This document shows, piece by piece, positions 51,848 through 64,000 of a stretch of DNA of 64,000 bases. The notes beneath the pieces were generated by a model that did not search any database, was not told the DNA's origin, and saw nothing but the letters and a program-made list of their open reading frames with translations. A program made the position numbers and the translations under genes. The number at the start of each line of letters is the position of its first letter. Position 1 is the first letter of the stretch. Source of the DNA: Pristiophorus japonicus (lineage: Eukaryota); assembly GCF_044704955.1 (NCBI RefSeq), contig NC_091984.1, forward strand, positions 144,770,001 to 144,834,000, written 5' to 3'.

Positions 51848-52249
51848 GGGAGAGCGGGGGGAAGCGGGGGAGAGGGCGGGCCGAGCGTCGGCGGAGGGAG
51901 GGAGGGTGGCATGAGCGTCTCCGGGGGGAGGGAGGGTAGGAGGGCCGAGCGTCGGCGGGGGTAGGGAGGCACGAACGTCACCAGGAGGAGGCCTGTACGT
52001 AAGGGCGAGGCGTGAAGTTCGGGCCCAAACCTGTGGATGGAGGGGGTTGAGGCTCACAGCCGTTGAGATCACCGGGGATTGGTCGGAGAAGCTGAGTCGG
52101 CCAATGGGGAGTGAGAAATGAGAAGCGAGGGTCCAGCTGGATGGACATGGCAGCAGGCAGGTCGACCTGGAAGGTAGGCTGAGTATGGGGGTTGGGCAGT
52201 GGGACCTTGCGCACGGGGTTTTAGGGCTTTTGGGGTAGGTAAAATACTT

Positions 52250-53565
52250 TCACCGCAGTCAAGTCCACCAAAGGCCCAAGGCCCCACCCAACTGCTGGCC
52301 AAGAACAGGGAGACACTCACCAAGGACACCAAGGCAGTCAGGACTCACTGGAAGGAGAACTTTGAAGATCTCCTTAATTGAGACTCAGCCTTAGACACGA
52401 GTGTCCTCGACTCCATTCGCAGCATGCTACCCGCGACCTTCTCAGTAAAACCCCAGCCCTGCACAAGGTTGAAACATAGAAACATTGAAAATAGGTGCAG
52501 TCGTAGGCAATTTGGCCCTTTGAGCCTGCACCACCATTCAATAAGATCATGGCTGATCATTCACCTCAGTACCCCTTTCCTGCTTTCTCTCCATACCCAT
52601 TGATCCCTTTGGCTGTAAGGGCCACATCTAACACCCTCTTGAATATATCCAGTGAACTGGTATCAACAACTCTCTGCGGCAGGGTATTCCACAGGTTAAC
52701 AACTCTCTGAGTGAAGAAGTTTCTCCTCATCTCCGTCCTAAATGGCCTACCCGCTATCCTGACTGTGTCCCCTGGTTCTGGACTTCCCTAACATTGGGAA
52801 CATTCTTCCCTGTCCCGTCCCGTCAGAATCTTAAATGTTTCTATGAAATCCCCTCTCATCCTTCTAAACTCCAGTGTATAAAGTCCCAGTTGATCCAGTC
52901 TCCCCTCATATGTCATTTGTCAGCTCAAGAACAACAATGCATCGGGAGCGGATGGAATCGCTGCTGAGGCATTAAAGTATGGCAGAGAGGCACTATTGGC
53001 ACGAATGCATAACCTCACCTCTCTCATCTGGAGGGAGGAGAGCATGCCGGGAGATATCCGAGATGCAGTAATCCTGATCCATCTTTGAAAAAGGGGACAA
53101 GTCCGACTGCGGCATCCGCAGAGGAATCTCCCTGTTATCAGCCATTGGAAAAGTCATCGCTAGAATCCTCCTCAACCGTCTTCTCCCTGTGGTTGAGGAG
53201 CTCCTGTCGGAGTCACAATGCGGATTCCGTCCACTACGGGGTACAACGTACATGTTATTTACGACGCGACAACTGCAAGAGAAAAGCAGGGAACAGCACC
53301 AACCCTTGTCCATGGCCTTCTTTGACCTTATAATGGCCTTTGACACTGTTAACCACAAGGGTCTGCGGAGCGTCGTCCTCCGTTTCGGCTGCCCCCAAAA
53401 GTTTGTCGCCATTCTCAGTCTGCTCCACGATGACATGCAGGCTGTGATCCTGACCAATGGATCCATCATAGACCCAATCCACGTCCAGACCTGGATCAAG
53501 CATGGCTGCGTCATCGCGCAAATTCTCTTCTCGATCTTCCTCACTGCAATGCTCCACCTCACACT
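52250..53565 (+). mobile_element. RTE-clade LINE RT fragment with a nested minus-strand CR1 tail (~52472-52915)
   Basis: ESQCGFRP.RGT..M.F..RQLQEK.REQ..FFDL..AFDTV...GCP.KFV. Confidence 0.88.
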
Positions 53566-53790
53566 ATTGGAGGACCAATAGGAAGGAGCCATGTTTCCTG
53601 GTCCCTATTGGGGGACCAATAGGAAGGGGCCATGTTTCGTGGTCCCTACAGGAAGGCCAATACAGGAATGAGCCATGTTTCTTGGTCCATATTGGGGAAC
53701 CAATAGGAAGGATCTATGGTTCCTGGTCCCTATTGGGGGACCAATCGGAAGGAGCCATTTTTCCTGGTCCCTATTGGAGGACCAGTGGGA
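53566..53790. repeat. ~41-bp degenerate minisatellite, about five units, upstream of V
   Basis: Unit GGACCAATAGGAAGGAGCCATGTTTCCTGGTCCCTATTGGG. Inverted copy at ~32825-33000. Confidence 0.85.
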
Positions 53791-54409
53791 CATGGAGTCC
53801 ATGGTCGACGTTGAGTGCGGACCCTTCCTGTTGTAAATGTGGGATCGTTGGCACCTGATCCCAGTAAAAACACCCTGACCCGGAGCGGGGCCATGGAAGG
53901 AGAAGCAGAGGGGAAGGGATTCGAAGATGTTCTGAGCGGACAGGTTGGGGCAGTGGGTCAGACCCTGTCCAGTCGCTTCAGCTCACACTGATGGGGTGAG
54001 GATCTCCTTGCTCTGCTGGGCCTTCATGAAATGTGCTTTCTGTCCAAACTGGTCCCCACTGAGAAGAGGCCCACAGCACAGAACGGCTCTTAATTGGGCA
54101 ATAAGCAGCCAGTGTAATGAGAGAGGCCAAGGGATGGCCATTGTGGGGAATAGGCCCTGACTCCAGGAGAAGGCATGGTCTGGGGTCAAGGGTTAATTGG
54201 TGGGGCAGGGCAAAGGGAGGTTTACTCTGCAGTTCAGTGTGCTGCACCTGGGAGTTTGTGGGGGAGGGACAGGGAGCGAGAGAGAGGCTGTGAATCAGAG
54301 TCAGAGAGGTGTAGAGGGAAGCTGTGAGACAGAGGGCGATGAAGGCTGAGACAGACAGACAGACAGAGAGACAGAGAAAGGGAGAGGGACTGCGGGAGGG
54401 AGAGAAGAG

Positions 54410-54506
54410 GAGGAAGTGAAATGTGCTGACGTTGCTTTCTCTGGGTGAAGACATTTACATACTGAGGGATGGGCAGTGAGGCTCTCACAGGCTGCAGGTT
54501 TATAAA
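54410..54506 (+). promoter_or_regulatory. V-kappa promoter, cluster 2
   Basis: GGAAGTGAAA (54412-54421), TGCTGACGT (54424-54432), octamer variant ATTTACAT (54453-54460) and TATAAA (54501-54506), about 60 bp before the ATG. Confidence 0.75.
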
Positions 54507-54565
54507 GCAGAGCCCAGTGAAGGGCAGTTTATCAGTAAGCAGGCACAGGGACAGGAGCAGACACC

Positions 54566-54614
54566 ATGATTTCACCCATCCAGCTGATCTGGCCTCTGGC
54601 ATTCTGTGTCGCAG
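54566..54614 (+). CDS. IGKV: Leader exon, cluster 2 (MISPIQLIWPLAFCVA-G)
   Basis: ACCATG context, hydrophobic signal peptide, phase-1 donor G|GTACCA matching the V exon phase. Confidence 0.95.
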
Positions 54615-54794
54615 GTACCAATCTCTCTCCTTCCACGTTTAATATCTCCCTGCTGTCGATTCTTTCCAACTCTACTGACCAGTGATTGAAGGGCAAATGC
54701 TGACACTAGAGGAGAGCTCAGTGTCTCGAGCAATCTCTCATTTTACAGCGTCTTTCTGTGACAGTGCTTACTTCACTTTTTTTCCCCATTTCAG

Positions 54795-55092
54795 GTATCA
54801 GTGGGGACATCATCATGACCCAGTCTCCCCCGGTGCTGTCAGTGAGTGAGGGACAGACTGCAAAGATCACCTGTACCGCCAGTGCATACATTGGTGCTGC
54901 CCTTGCTTGGTACCAGCAGAAAGCCGGGCAGAAACCCTCTCTGCTGATCGATGCGGCAACATCTCGTTTCACTGGAACCTCCAATCGCTTCACCGGCAGT
55001 TACCAGTCCAACACGTTCACCCTGAGCATCAGCAACGTGCAGAGCGAGGATGTCGCAGTCTATTACTGTCAGCAAGGGGAAAGCTCCCTCTG
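54795..55092 (+). CDS. IGKV: Ig kappa V exon, cluster 2, germline
   Basis: [39 protein letters not shown]...EDVAVYYCQQGESSL; open frame. Confidence 0.96.
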
Positions 55093-55120
55093 CACTGTGA
55101 TACACAGCCGTACAAAAACC
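55093..55120 (+). other. V 12-RSS, cluster 2
   Basis: CACTGTG-ATACACAGCCGT-ACAAAAACC, identical to cluster 1. Confidence 0.97.
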
Positions 55121-56323
55121 TCAATATACACAGCCCCACCTCCTGTATTGACTCACCCCACAGTTATATATAATATATAATAATGGACACACAGCCCCAC
55201 CTCCTGTACGGTTTTACACATGACTGAAACATAGATCGATGGGAGTGATGGCAGGAATATTCAGCTGGAAGCTGCAGTGAATTGCGAAAGGATGGAGTGG
55301 GTCAGAGAGGAGTTGGGGCTGTGTCTTCATCACTGAGAATCTCACAGCTCTACTCTGTACATTCAGATAGCACGGAGACACTGGGTGGTCCTGTGTGCTC
55401 AATCCAAATAATCTCACAAACCCCCCACAAGTGAAATGGTCGTGCTCTTTCCCTGCCCACCCCACACTCCAGGCCCTGCGGTGCCCAGCCGTCGCAGAGG
55501 CCTCAGGCCTACCCTAGGCTCTGTCCCCACAGCCAGCTGGATGTGGACAAAGCATCTGAAGGGAGGGAGACAGGTAGACAGTGCAATCACCCCATGGGCC
55601 CTGTGGATGGCCACCTTGGCCCGATCCAGGAGCAGGCCCACGGGGAGGCCCTTCGACCTGTCCGATTCCCCTACACCGGGTGACCAGGCCCAGGAGCGTG
55701 GGACTGAAGTGGAACCAGAAATCGAGGAGCAGCCCCTTCAAATAGTGGAAGAGGGGCTGCATCCGCTCACACTCCACGTACACACGGGTCACGGACTGAG
55801 GAAACAGGTTTCTAAAGCCCCTGAAACTCGTTATTTTATAATGATCCCGAGGAAGGCCTGTGTCAGCAACACAAACATCTCGCTTGCAGACGGAGCCCGT
55901 TGTTCAAGGGGCACAAAGAGGTGAGCCCTATGTGATGGGGACTTTCATTCTCCAGCAATTCCGTGGCCCCAGGGTTACCATCTGATGGGGCGGGAAGGGC
56001 AGCTGGGAGATTTGTCCCAAACACGTCGGATCCCCAACTCTCCCGGGCACTGCCACAGGCAACTCGGACACAGAGAGAGAGGGAGGTAGAGAGTGAGGGA
56101 CAGGGAAAGAGAGTGAGTGAGGGACGGAGTGAGGCAGAGTGAGTGAGTGAGTGAGGGAGGTGGAGGGGGAGAGGGAGGGAGTGAGAGAGGCAATCAGAGA
56201 GAGAAACAGATGAGAGAGAGAGAGAAAAAGTGAGGGAGAGTGAGACGCTGAAAAAGACACAGACACACACACACAGACACAGACAGAAAGAGGGGGAGAG
56301 AGACTGAGTGAGCCAGGGACGGA

Positions 56324-56362
56324 GGATATTGTACAGCAACTGCACTGGAAGCTGTCACTGTG
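56324..56362 (-). other. J 23-RSS, cluster 2
   Basis: GGATATTGT (56324-56332), 23-bp spacer, CACTGTG (56356-56362). Confidence 0.95.
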
Positions 56363-56397
56363 GCTCACTTTCAGTAAAGGAACCAAGATCAGACTGA
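56363..56397 (+). CDS. IGKJ: Ig kappa J segment, cluster 2 (LTFSKGTKIRL; non-canonical)
   Basis: Paralog of J1 with an intact A|GTAAGT donor; FGXG is changed to FSKG. Confidence 0.9.
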
Positions 56398-56516
56398 GTA
56401 AGTAAACCCCAATGCTCCGTTATTAACACTTTAAATACTGAATCTTTCTAAGACACAGATGCTGAATATGCGAAGGTGTTAGTTTACAAATGATTACACT
56501 CGATCCTCCCGTCTTT

Positions 56517-59500
56517 CCTCATCTAAATCTATCAGCATAACCCTCTATTCCCTTCTCCCTCATATCCCTGTCTAGCCTCCCCTTAAATACATCGATACTA
56601 TTCACTTCAATCACTCCCTGTGATAGCCAGTTCCACATTCTCACCACTCGCTGGGTAAAGAATTTTCTCCTGAATTCCCGATTGGATTTCTTGCTGACTA
56701 TCTCATATTGATGGCCTCTAGTTCTGCTCTTCCCCACAAGTGGAAACACTCTCTCTGTATCCACTCTATCAAAACCTTTCCGAATGTTAAAGACCTCGAT
56801 CAGGTCACCCCTCAGCCTCAAGAGAAAAGAGCCCCAGCCTGTTCATCCTTTCCTGATATGTACACCCTCGCCTTTCTGGTCCCATCCTTGTAAACCTTCT
56901 CTGCACCCTCTCCAGTGCCTGTGTATGGGTTATATAATATGGTGGGGAGCTGCGGTGAATGAAAGGGTTAATTGAAGAGTGCTGTGTATGACAGGGAGCC
57001 CGGCTGTATTCCTTTACCCACACTCCCCCTTCACCCAGCAAAGTATAAGTAACGAACTGTTACCCACCGTGTGGAGGAGATCTGGACGTTGGCACACTGC
57101 GGTCCCATCCCTGCACCATCCCCGGAAATCGCTCCCGAGCCTCCTGCCTGTCTCAGTGTGACAGACACGGTGTGTGAGACACGGGCAGAGTGTGGGTGTG
57201 AGTGAGTGAGCTCGCTGGGGGCAGTCTGTGCTCCTGTCACAGTCTCTGATATAACTGAGCTCAGCCTCAGCACACTGACACTCCCGAGTTCCTGCCTCCC
57301 CCAGCTCCAACTCTGATCTGTCCAGCCCCCGCTCACCTCCTGTCCAACTTCTGATCACAAACAGGGGCAGCAGGGCTCGCAATCCGGCGGCTGCAGTGCT
57401 CCAGGGTTGTGGGGAGACTCTCAGTTGCGGTTTCTGTGGCTCGAGTTCAGGCCGATATTTATCCCTCAACCTACATCGCTTAAACATAGAAACATAGAAA
57501 ATAGGAGCAGTAGTAGGCCATTCGGCCCTTCGAGTCTGCACCACCATTCAATATAATCATGGCTGTTCCTCTATCTCAACACCATATTCCCGCTTTTTCC
57601 CCATACCCCTTGATGCCTTTTTGTTTCTAGAAATCCATCTATCTGCCTCTTAAATATATTCAGTGACTTGGCCTCCTCAGCCTTCTGTGGTAGAGAATTT
57701 CACAGGTTCACCACCCTCTGAGTGAAGACATTTCTCCTCATCTCATTTGTAAATTTCCTACCTCGTATCCTGAGATTGTGACTCCTTGTTCTAGACTTCC
57801 CAGCCCGGGAAAACATCCTCCCCACATCCAGTCTGTCCAAACCAGTCAGAATTTTATACGTTTCAATGAGATCATCTCTCACTCTTCTAAACTCTAGTGT
57901 GTACAGACCTAATCGACCCAATCTCTCGTCATACGACAGTCCTGCCCATCTCAGGAATCAGTCTGGTGAACCTTCGCTGCACTCCGTCTATGGCAAGTAT
58001 ATCCTTTCTTAGGTAAGTAGACCAAAACTGCACACAATACACCAGGTGCGGTCTCACCAAGGCCCTGTATTAAGACATCCTTGCTCCTGTACTCAAATCC
58101 TCTTGCAATGAAGGCCAACATACTATTTGCCTTCTTATCTGCTTGCTGCACCTGTATGTTTGCTTTCAATGACTGGAGTACAAGGACGCCTAGGTCCCTC
58201 TGTCCATCGACACTTCCCAAGCTATCACCATTTAAATAATACTTTGTCCTTATGTTTTTCCTACCAAAGTGAGTAACTTCACATTTATCCACAATATGTT
58301 ACATCTGCCATGTGTTTGCTCACTCACTCAACCTATCTAAATCGTCTTGCAGTGTCTTTGCATCCTCCACACAACTCACAATCCCACCTAATTTTGTGTT
58401 GTCAGCAGACTTGGAAATATAACATTTGGTTCCCTCATCCAAATCATTTATTTATATATATATATATATATATTGTGAATATCTGGGGCCCAAGCACTGA
58501 TCCCTGTGGTACCCCACTCGTCACTGCCCGCCACCCTGAAACACACCCATTTATTCCGACTGTTTCCTGTCAGTTAACCAATTTTCAATCCATGCCAATA
58601 CATTACCCCCAATCCGATGTGCTTTAATTTTGCACACTAACCTCTTATGTGGGATTTTTATCAAAGGGCTTCTGAAAATCCAAATACACTACATCCACTG
58701 GTTATCCCTTATCTATTCTGTCAGTTGCATCCTCCAAAAACTCCAATAGATTTGTCAAACGTGAATTTCCTTTCATAAATCCATGTTGATTTTGTTTAAT
58801 CCCGTTGATATTATCTAAGTGTGCCGTTATCACATCCTTTATAATAGACTCTAGCATCTTCCCTACTACTGATGTCAGGATAACCGGTCTGTAATTCCCC
58901 GTTTTCTCTCTCTCTCCTTTTTTTAAGTAGTGGGGTTACATTTGCCACCCTACAATCTGCAGGAACTGTTCCATAATCTATAGAATTTTGAAAGATGACA
59001 ACCAATGCATCTACTATTTCCATGGCTACCTCTTTTTTAGTAGTCTGGGATGCAGATCATCAGGTCCTGGGGATTTATCGGCCTTCAGTCCCATTAGTTT
59101 CTCCAGCTCTATTTTGTTACGAACAATCGTTTCCTTTAATTCCTCTTGCTCACTGGACCTTAGGTTCCCTCGCATTTCTTGGACGTTATTTGTGTCCTCT
59201 TCCATGAAGAGGTCATTCAACCCATTGCTGTGTGTGAGAGCTTGCTGTGCACAAATTGGTTGCCGTGTTTCCCACATTACAACAGTGACTACACTTAAAA
59301 ATGTACTTCATTGGCTGTGAAGCACTTTGGGACCTCCTCAGGTGTGAAAGGTGCAATATAATTGCAGGTCTTTCTTTAATTTGGCTTTTCTTTTTATTAA
59401 CTGGGACTCGCACAATTCCCCTGCTGATTAAACCTGGACCCAGCAGAAAATCCCCAGAACACGGACTAATGTTCCATAAGAACATTAGGAGCAGGAGGAG

Positions 59501-61170
59501 GCCATTCGGCCCCTTGAGCCTGCTCCGCCATTCAATAAGATCATGGCTGATCATTCCCTCAGTACCCCTTTCCTGCTTTCTCTCCATACCCCTTGATCCC
59601 CTTAGCCATAAGGGCCATATCTAACTCCCTCTTGAATATGTCCAATGAACTGGCATCAACAAATCTCTGCGGCAGGGAATTCCACAGGTTAACAACTCTC
59701 TGAATGAAGAAGTTTCTCCTCAGCGCAGTCCTAAATGGCCTACCCCTTATCCTAAGACTGTGTCCCCTTGTTCTGGACTTCCCCAACATCAGGAACATTC
59801 TTCCTGCATCTATCCTGTCCAGTCCCATCAGAATTTTACATGTTTTTGTGAGATTCCCTCTTATCCTTCTAAACTCCAGTGAATAAAAGCCCAGTTGATC
59901 CAGTCTCTCCTCATATGACAGCCCAGCCATCCCTTGAATCAGTCTGGTGAACCTTCGCTGCACTCTGTCAATAGCAAAAACATCCTTCCTCAGTCTAGGA
60001 GACCAAGACTGAACACAATATTCCAGGTGAGGTCTCACTAAGGCCCTGTACAGCTGCATTAAGACCTCTCTGCTTCTATATTCAAATCCCCAAACTATGA
60101 AGGCCAACATACCACTTGCCTTCTTTACCGCCTGCTGTACTCGCATGCCGACTTTCAGTGACTGATGAACCATGACACCCAGGTCTCATTGCAACTCACC
60201 TTTTCCTAGTTTGCTGCCATTCAGATAATATTCCGACTTCATGTTTTTGCCTCCAAATTGGATAACCTCACATTTATCCACATTATACTGCATCTGCCAT
60301 GTATTTGCCCACTCACCTAACCTGTCCAAGTCACCCTGCTGCCTTTTAGCGTCCTCCTCACAGCTCACACCGCCACCCAGTTTAGTGTCATCCACAAACT
60401 TGGAGATATTACACTCTATTCCTTCATATCATTCGTTAATGTACATTGTAAAGAGCTGGGGTCCCAGCACTGAGCCCTGCGGCACTCCACTAGTCACTGC
60501 CTGCCATTCTGAAAAGGACCCGTTTATCCTGACTCCCTGCTTCCTGTCTGCCAACCAGTTCCCTATCCACGTCAGTATATTACCCCCAATACCATGTGCT
60601 TTGATTTTGCACACCAATCCCTTGTGTGGGACCTTGTCAAAAGACTTTTGAAAGTCCAAATACACCACATCCACTGGTTCTCCCTTGTCCACTCTGCTAG
60701 TTACATCCTTGAAAAATTACAGAAGATTCGTCAAGCATGATTTCCCTTTCATAAATCCATGCTGACTTGGTCTGATCCTGTCACTGCTTTCCAAATGTGC
60801 TGCGATTTGATCCTTAATGATTGATTCCAACATTTTCCCCACGGCTGATGTAGGGCTAATGGGTCTATAATTACCAATTTTCTCTTTCCCTCCTTTTTAA
60901 AAAAAGTGGTGTTACATTAGCTACCCTCCAGTCCATAGGAACTGATCCAGAGTTGATAGACTGTTGGAAAATGATCACCAATGCATCCACTATTTCTAGG
61001 GCCACTTCCTTGAGTACTCTGGGATGCAGACTATCAGGCCCCTGGAATTTATCGGCCTTCAATCCCATCAATTTCCCTAATACAATTTCCCACCTAATAA
61101 GGATATCCTTCAGTTCCTCCTTCTCACTAGACCCAGTGTCTCCTAGGACCTTCGGAAGGTTATTTGTATA
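56517..61170 (-). mobile_element. CR1 fragments and SINE tail in the cluster-2 intron; the CR1 at ~59480-61170 has no counterpart of that length in cluster 1
   Basis: Colinear with ~2070-5290 up to ~59530, then a different and longer CR1 (ORF 59559-60173). Confidence 0.88.
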
Positions 61171-61399
61171 TTTCTTCATGAAGACAGTACGCGGAGGGGA
61201 GGGTTCTCAGGGGACCAGGGTGGGGGGTGGCGGTCGGTGAGTGGGCTCGGGGACCAGGGGACCAGCCAGTCGCCACTCTGCACACACTCTGTTCCCTCTG
61301 TGTCTCAGTCCAGTGTTGCAGTGAGGAGTTTAGGATCTGAGGCTCAGGCTGGTTCTCCGGCACCAACAGCGCCCTGTTGGGTAAGGGTATTAAGGGTTA

Positions 61400-64000
61400 A
61401 GAACATAAGAAATAGGAGCAGGAGTCGGCCACCTGGGACCTCGAGTCTGCCCCGCCATTTAATAAGATCATGGCTGATCTGATCTTGGACACAGCTCCAC
61501 TTCCCTGCCCGCTTCCCATAACCCTTTATTCCCTTATCGCTCAAAAATATGTCTATCTCCACCTTAAATATAATCAATGACCCAGCCTACACAGCTCTCT
61601 AGGGCAGAGATTTCCACAGATTTACAAGCCTCTGAGAGAAGAAATTCCTCCTCAACTCAGTTTTAAATGGACGGCCCCTTATTCTGAGACTATGATCCCT
61701 AGTACTAGTTTCCCCTATGTGTGTAAATATCCTCACTGCATCCAACTTGTCGCCCCCTCATTATCTTATATGTTTCGATAAAATCACCTCTCATTCTTCT
61801 GAACTCCAATGATTATAGGCCTAACCTATTCAACCTATCCTCATAAGTCAATCCTCTCATCTTCAGAATCAATCCAGTGAAACTTCTCTGAACTGCTGCC
61901 AATACAAGTATATCCTTTCTGAAGTATGGATACCAAAACTGTACACAGTACTCCAGGTGTGGCCTCACCAATACCCTGTATAGATGTAGCAGGATTTCTC
62001 TGCTTTTATACTCTATCCCCCTTGCAATTAAGGCCAACATTTCATTTGCCTTCCTGATTATTGCTGTAACCGCATACTAACTTTTTGTGTTTCATGCACA
62101 AGGTCCCCTTTGCAATTTTTCTCCATTTGAAAATTAATTTGCTTTCCTCTTCATTCTGCCAAAGCGGAAAACCTCACATTTTCCCACATTACACTCCATC
62201 TGCCAAATTTGTGCCCATTCACTTAGCTGGTCTCTATCCCTTTGCAGACTATTTGTGTCCTCCTCACAATTTGCTTTCCCACCCATCTTTGTCTTATAGG
62301 GTGATTATTTTTCATTCTACTCTGATACTTAGAAATTGGCTGAAGACATACAATCGCCCTTCCTGGCTGTATCTATTGTAGGTTTGTGGTCGTTGGTTCT
62401 GTGACCAGTTGATCTTCTTTTGGCCATTTTCTGCAGTGTTGTTCCCTCCATGTACGTTCTGTACTACATGTCCTTCTGTCCATTCATCTGTTTGTTCTTT
62501 CGACCTGTGTCCATCTGTACACGTGTCCTTCTATTTTTTCTGTGTGCTTCTTCTTCCGTCTGTTCCTGTCCTTCTTCCGTATTCTGCAGAGCTGCTTCTA
62601 GCTCGCATATTTATATCCAGGTTATGACTGATCTCCCGCCACTGCGGTTTCTGATAAAGTGTTTGCATCGATATATTGTTTTGTGGTCTACTCGGTTGAT
62701 TGACTGCAATAATGGACTCATCCGTTTTCCCATTTGCACACTGAGTCTGCAAGGCTCAAGTTGATTTCTCATCTTCACACCTCATCACAAAAGATGTGCA
62801 CCTAGTGTGGTTCCTTTGTTGTCTGGTCTTTTTACAGACTTGATGTCTCCAGTGAGCTTGTTTTCCCCACCCTGGTCAATCAAGTTCAGGGCCTCATGTA
62901 ACAACTCCATTCTTGTTATGCATGGAGTCAGTTTTGTTCCCTGACCAAGAATGCCCTTAATTGTCCAGCTTAATTCCAAAAGTTTGTATTAATCTTTAGT
63001 TCATGGTCTCCTTCTGTGCTTTTCTGAAGATTAGTAACCTTACACTCCCTCCTTTAATGTTTCGCTAATATAAAACTAGAGACATTACTTGTGGAGTTAT
63101 TTTTCCATGAGCTCTATTTGGGTGTATTGCAGTCTCAGTCAAAAACTTCAGATTACATTCCTGTTTTACATCAAAAAACAGTACTTTTTCCTGACAAACC
63201 AACACTTGTACAACAAAAATGTTCGGCCTTGATCTGACTTCAGTTTTATATACAAACACTTTGGCTTTGGTTCATCTAAACAACCCTTCAACATTCCCTT
63301 CCTTTGTATTCTGTTTTAACTTACAGGATAAGATAAATAGTTACACCAAAGAACCAACGATACACTGGCTAGTGCATGAGACACGATTAGAACCCAGGAG
63401 AGAATCTGAATATTGAATCCCAAATCCCATTTTGGAGCGGCCATTATTTCCTCAATTTCCTCCCTTACTTTTTCATTTGTTTGGTGTAATGTGTAATAGT
63501 CTTTGTTGGATAGCTCAATGTCCTTCTTTGTATCATCAGCAAATTTGACGACATTACACTCGGTCCCTTCATCTAAGTCATTAATGTAGATTGTAAATAA
63601 TTGAGGCCCCAGCACCGATCCCTGCGGCACCCCATTAGTTACCGTTTGCCAATGTAAAAGTGAACCATTTATCCTGACTCTCTGTTTTTTGTTAGTTAGC
63701 CAATCTTCTATCCATGCTAATATATTACCCCCAACCCCATGAACTTTTATCTTGTGCTTTTGATGTGGCACCTTATCGAATGCCTTCTGGAAATCCAAAT
63801 ACACCACATCTACTGGTTCCCCTTTATCCACCCTGCTCGTTACATCCTCAAAGAATTCCAGCAAATTTGTCAAACATGATTTCCCTTTCATAAAACCGTG
63901 CTGACTCTGCTTGATTGAACATATATGCTTTTCCAAATGTCCTGCTACTGCTTCCTTAATAATGGACTCCAGCATTTCCCAAACACAGATGTTAGGCTAA
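61400..64000 (-). mobile_element. CR1 LINE split by a 1.23-kb unrelated insert (62293-63524)
   Basis: The CR1 sequence ...CCCATCTTTGT|ATCATCAGCAAATT is continuous once the insert is removed. Confidence 0.88.

Noticed and set aside
63316-63975. 219-aa RT-membrane fusion protein
   Set aside because: Chance in-frame junction between a broken CR1 RT and the insert; no independent gene structure.
1-64000. Species assignment
   Set aside because: Ig and repeat content indicate a cartilaginous fish, but the species cannot be fixed without a database search.

Overview
Vertebrate genomic DNA, almost certainly a shark or other cartilaginous fish, carrying a tandem array of cluster-type immunoglobulin kappa light-chain genes (type III / nurse-shark NS4-like). 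Cluster 1 (+) has an unrearranged V exon (138-439) with a 12-RSS, a 23-RSS and J (1916-1950), and a C exon (12827-13155); its leader lies just upstream of the window. Cluster 2 starts about 54.7 kb later in the same orientation and shows promoter, leader, V and J; its J motif is damaged (FSKG) and no C lies in the window. Between the clusters are two exon-less relics of the same cluster: a direct copy of J-C intron pieces (~16.9-21.6 kb) and an inverted copy that fuses V-upstream DNA to the J-C intron (~30.2-33.4 kb). Most other sequence is nested CR1, L2, RTE and Tx1 LINEs, DeuSINE-type SINEs, MITEs and minisatellites. The most unusual element is a defective endogenous retrovirus (36.2-39.9 kb) with a tRNA-Ser(CGA) primer site, a coiled-coil single-zinc-knuckle Gag and a clean -1 frameshift signal. 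There is also an LTR-less env-like insert, an unidentified decayed ORF region and several candidate B-cell regulatory islands. Ig, RSS and motif coordinates were counted by hand; transposon boundaries are approximate.
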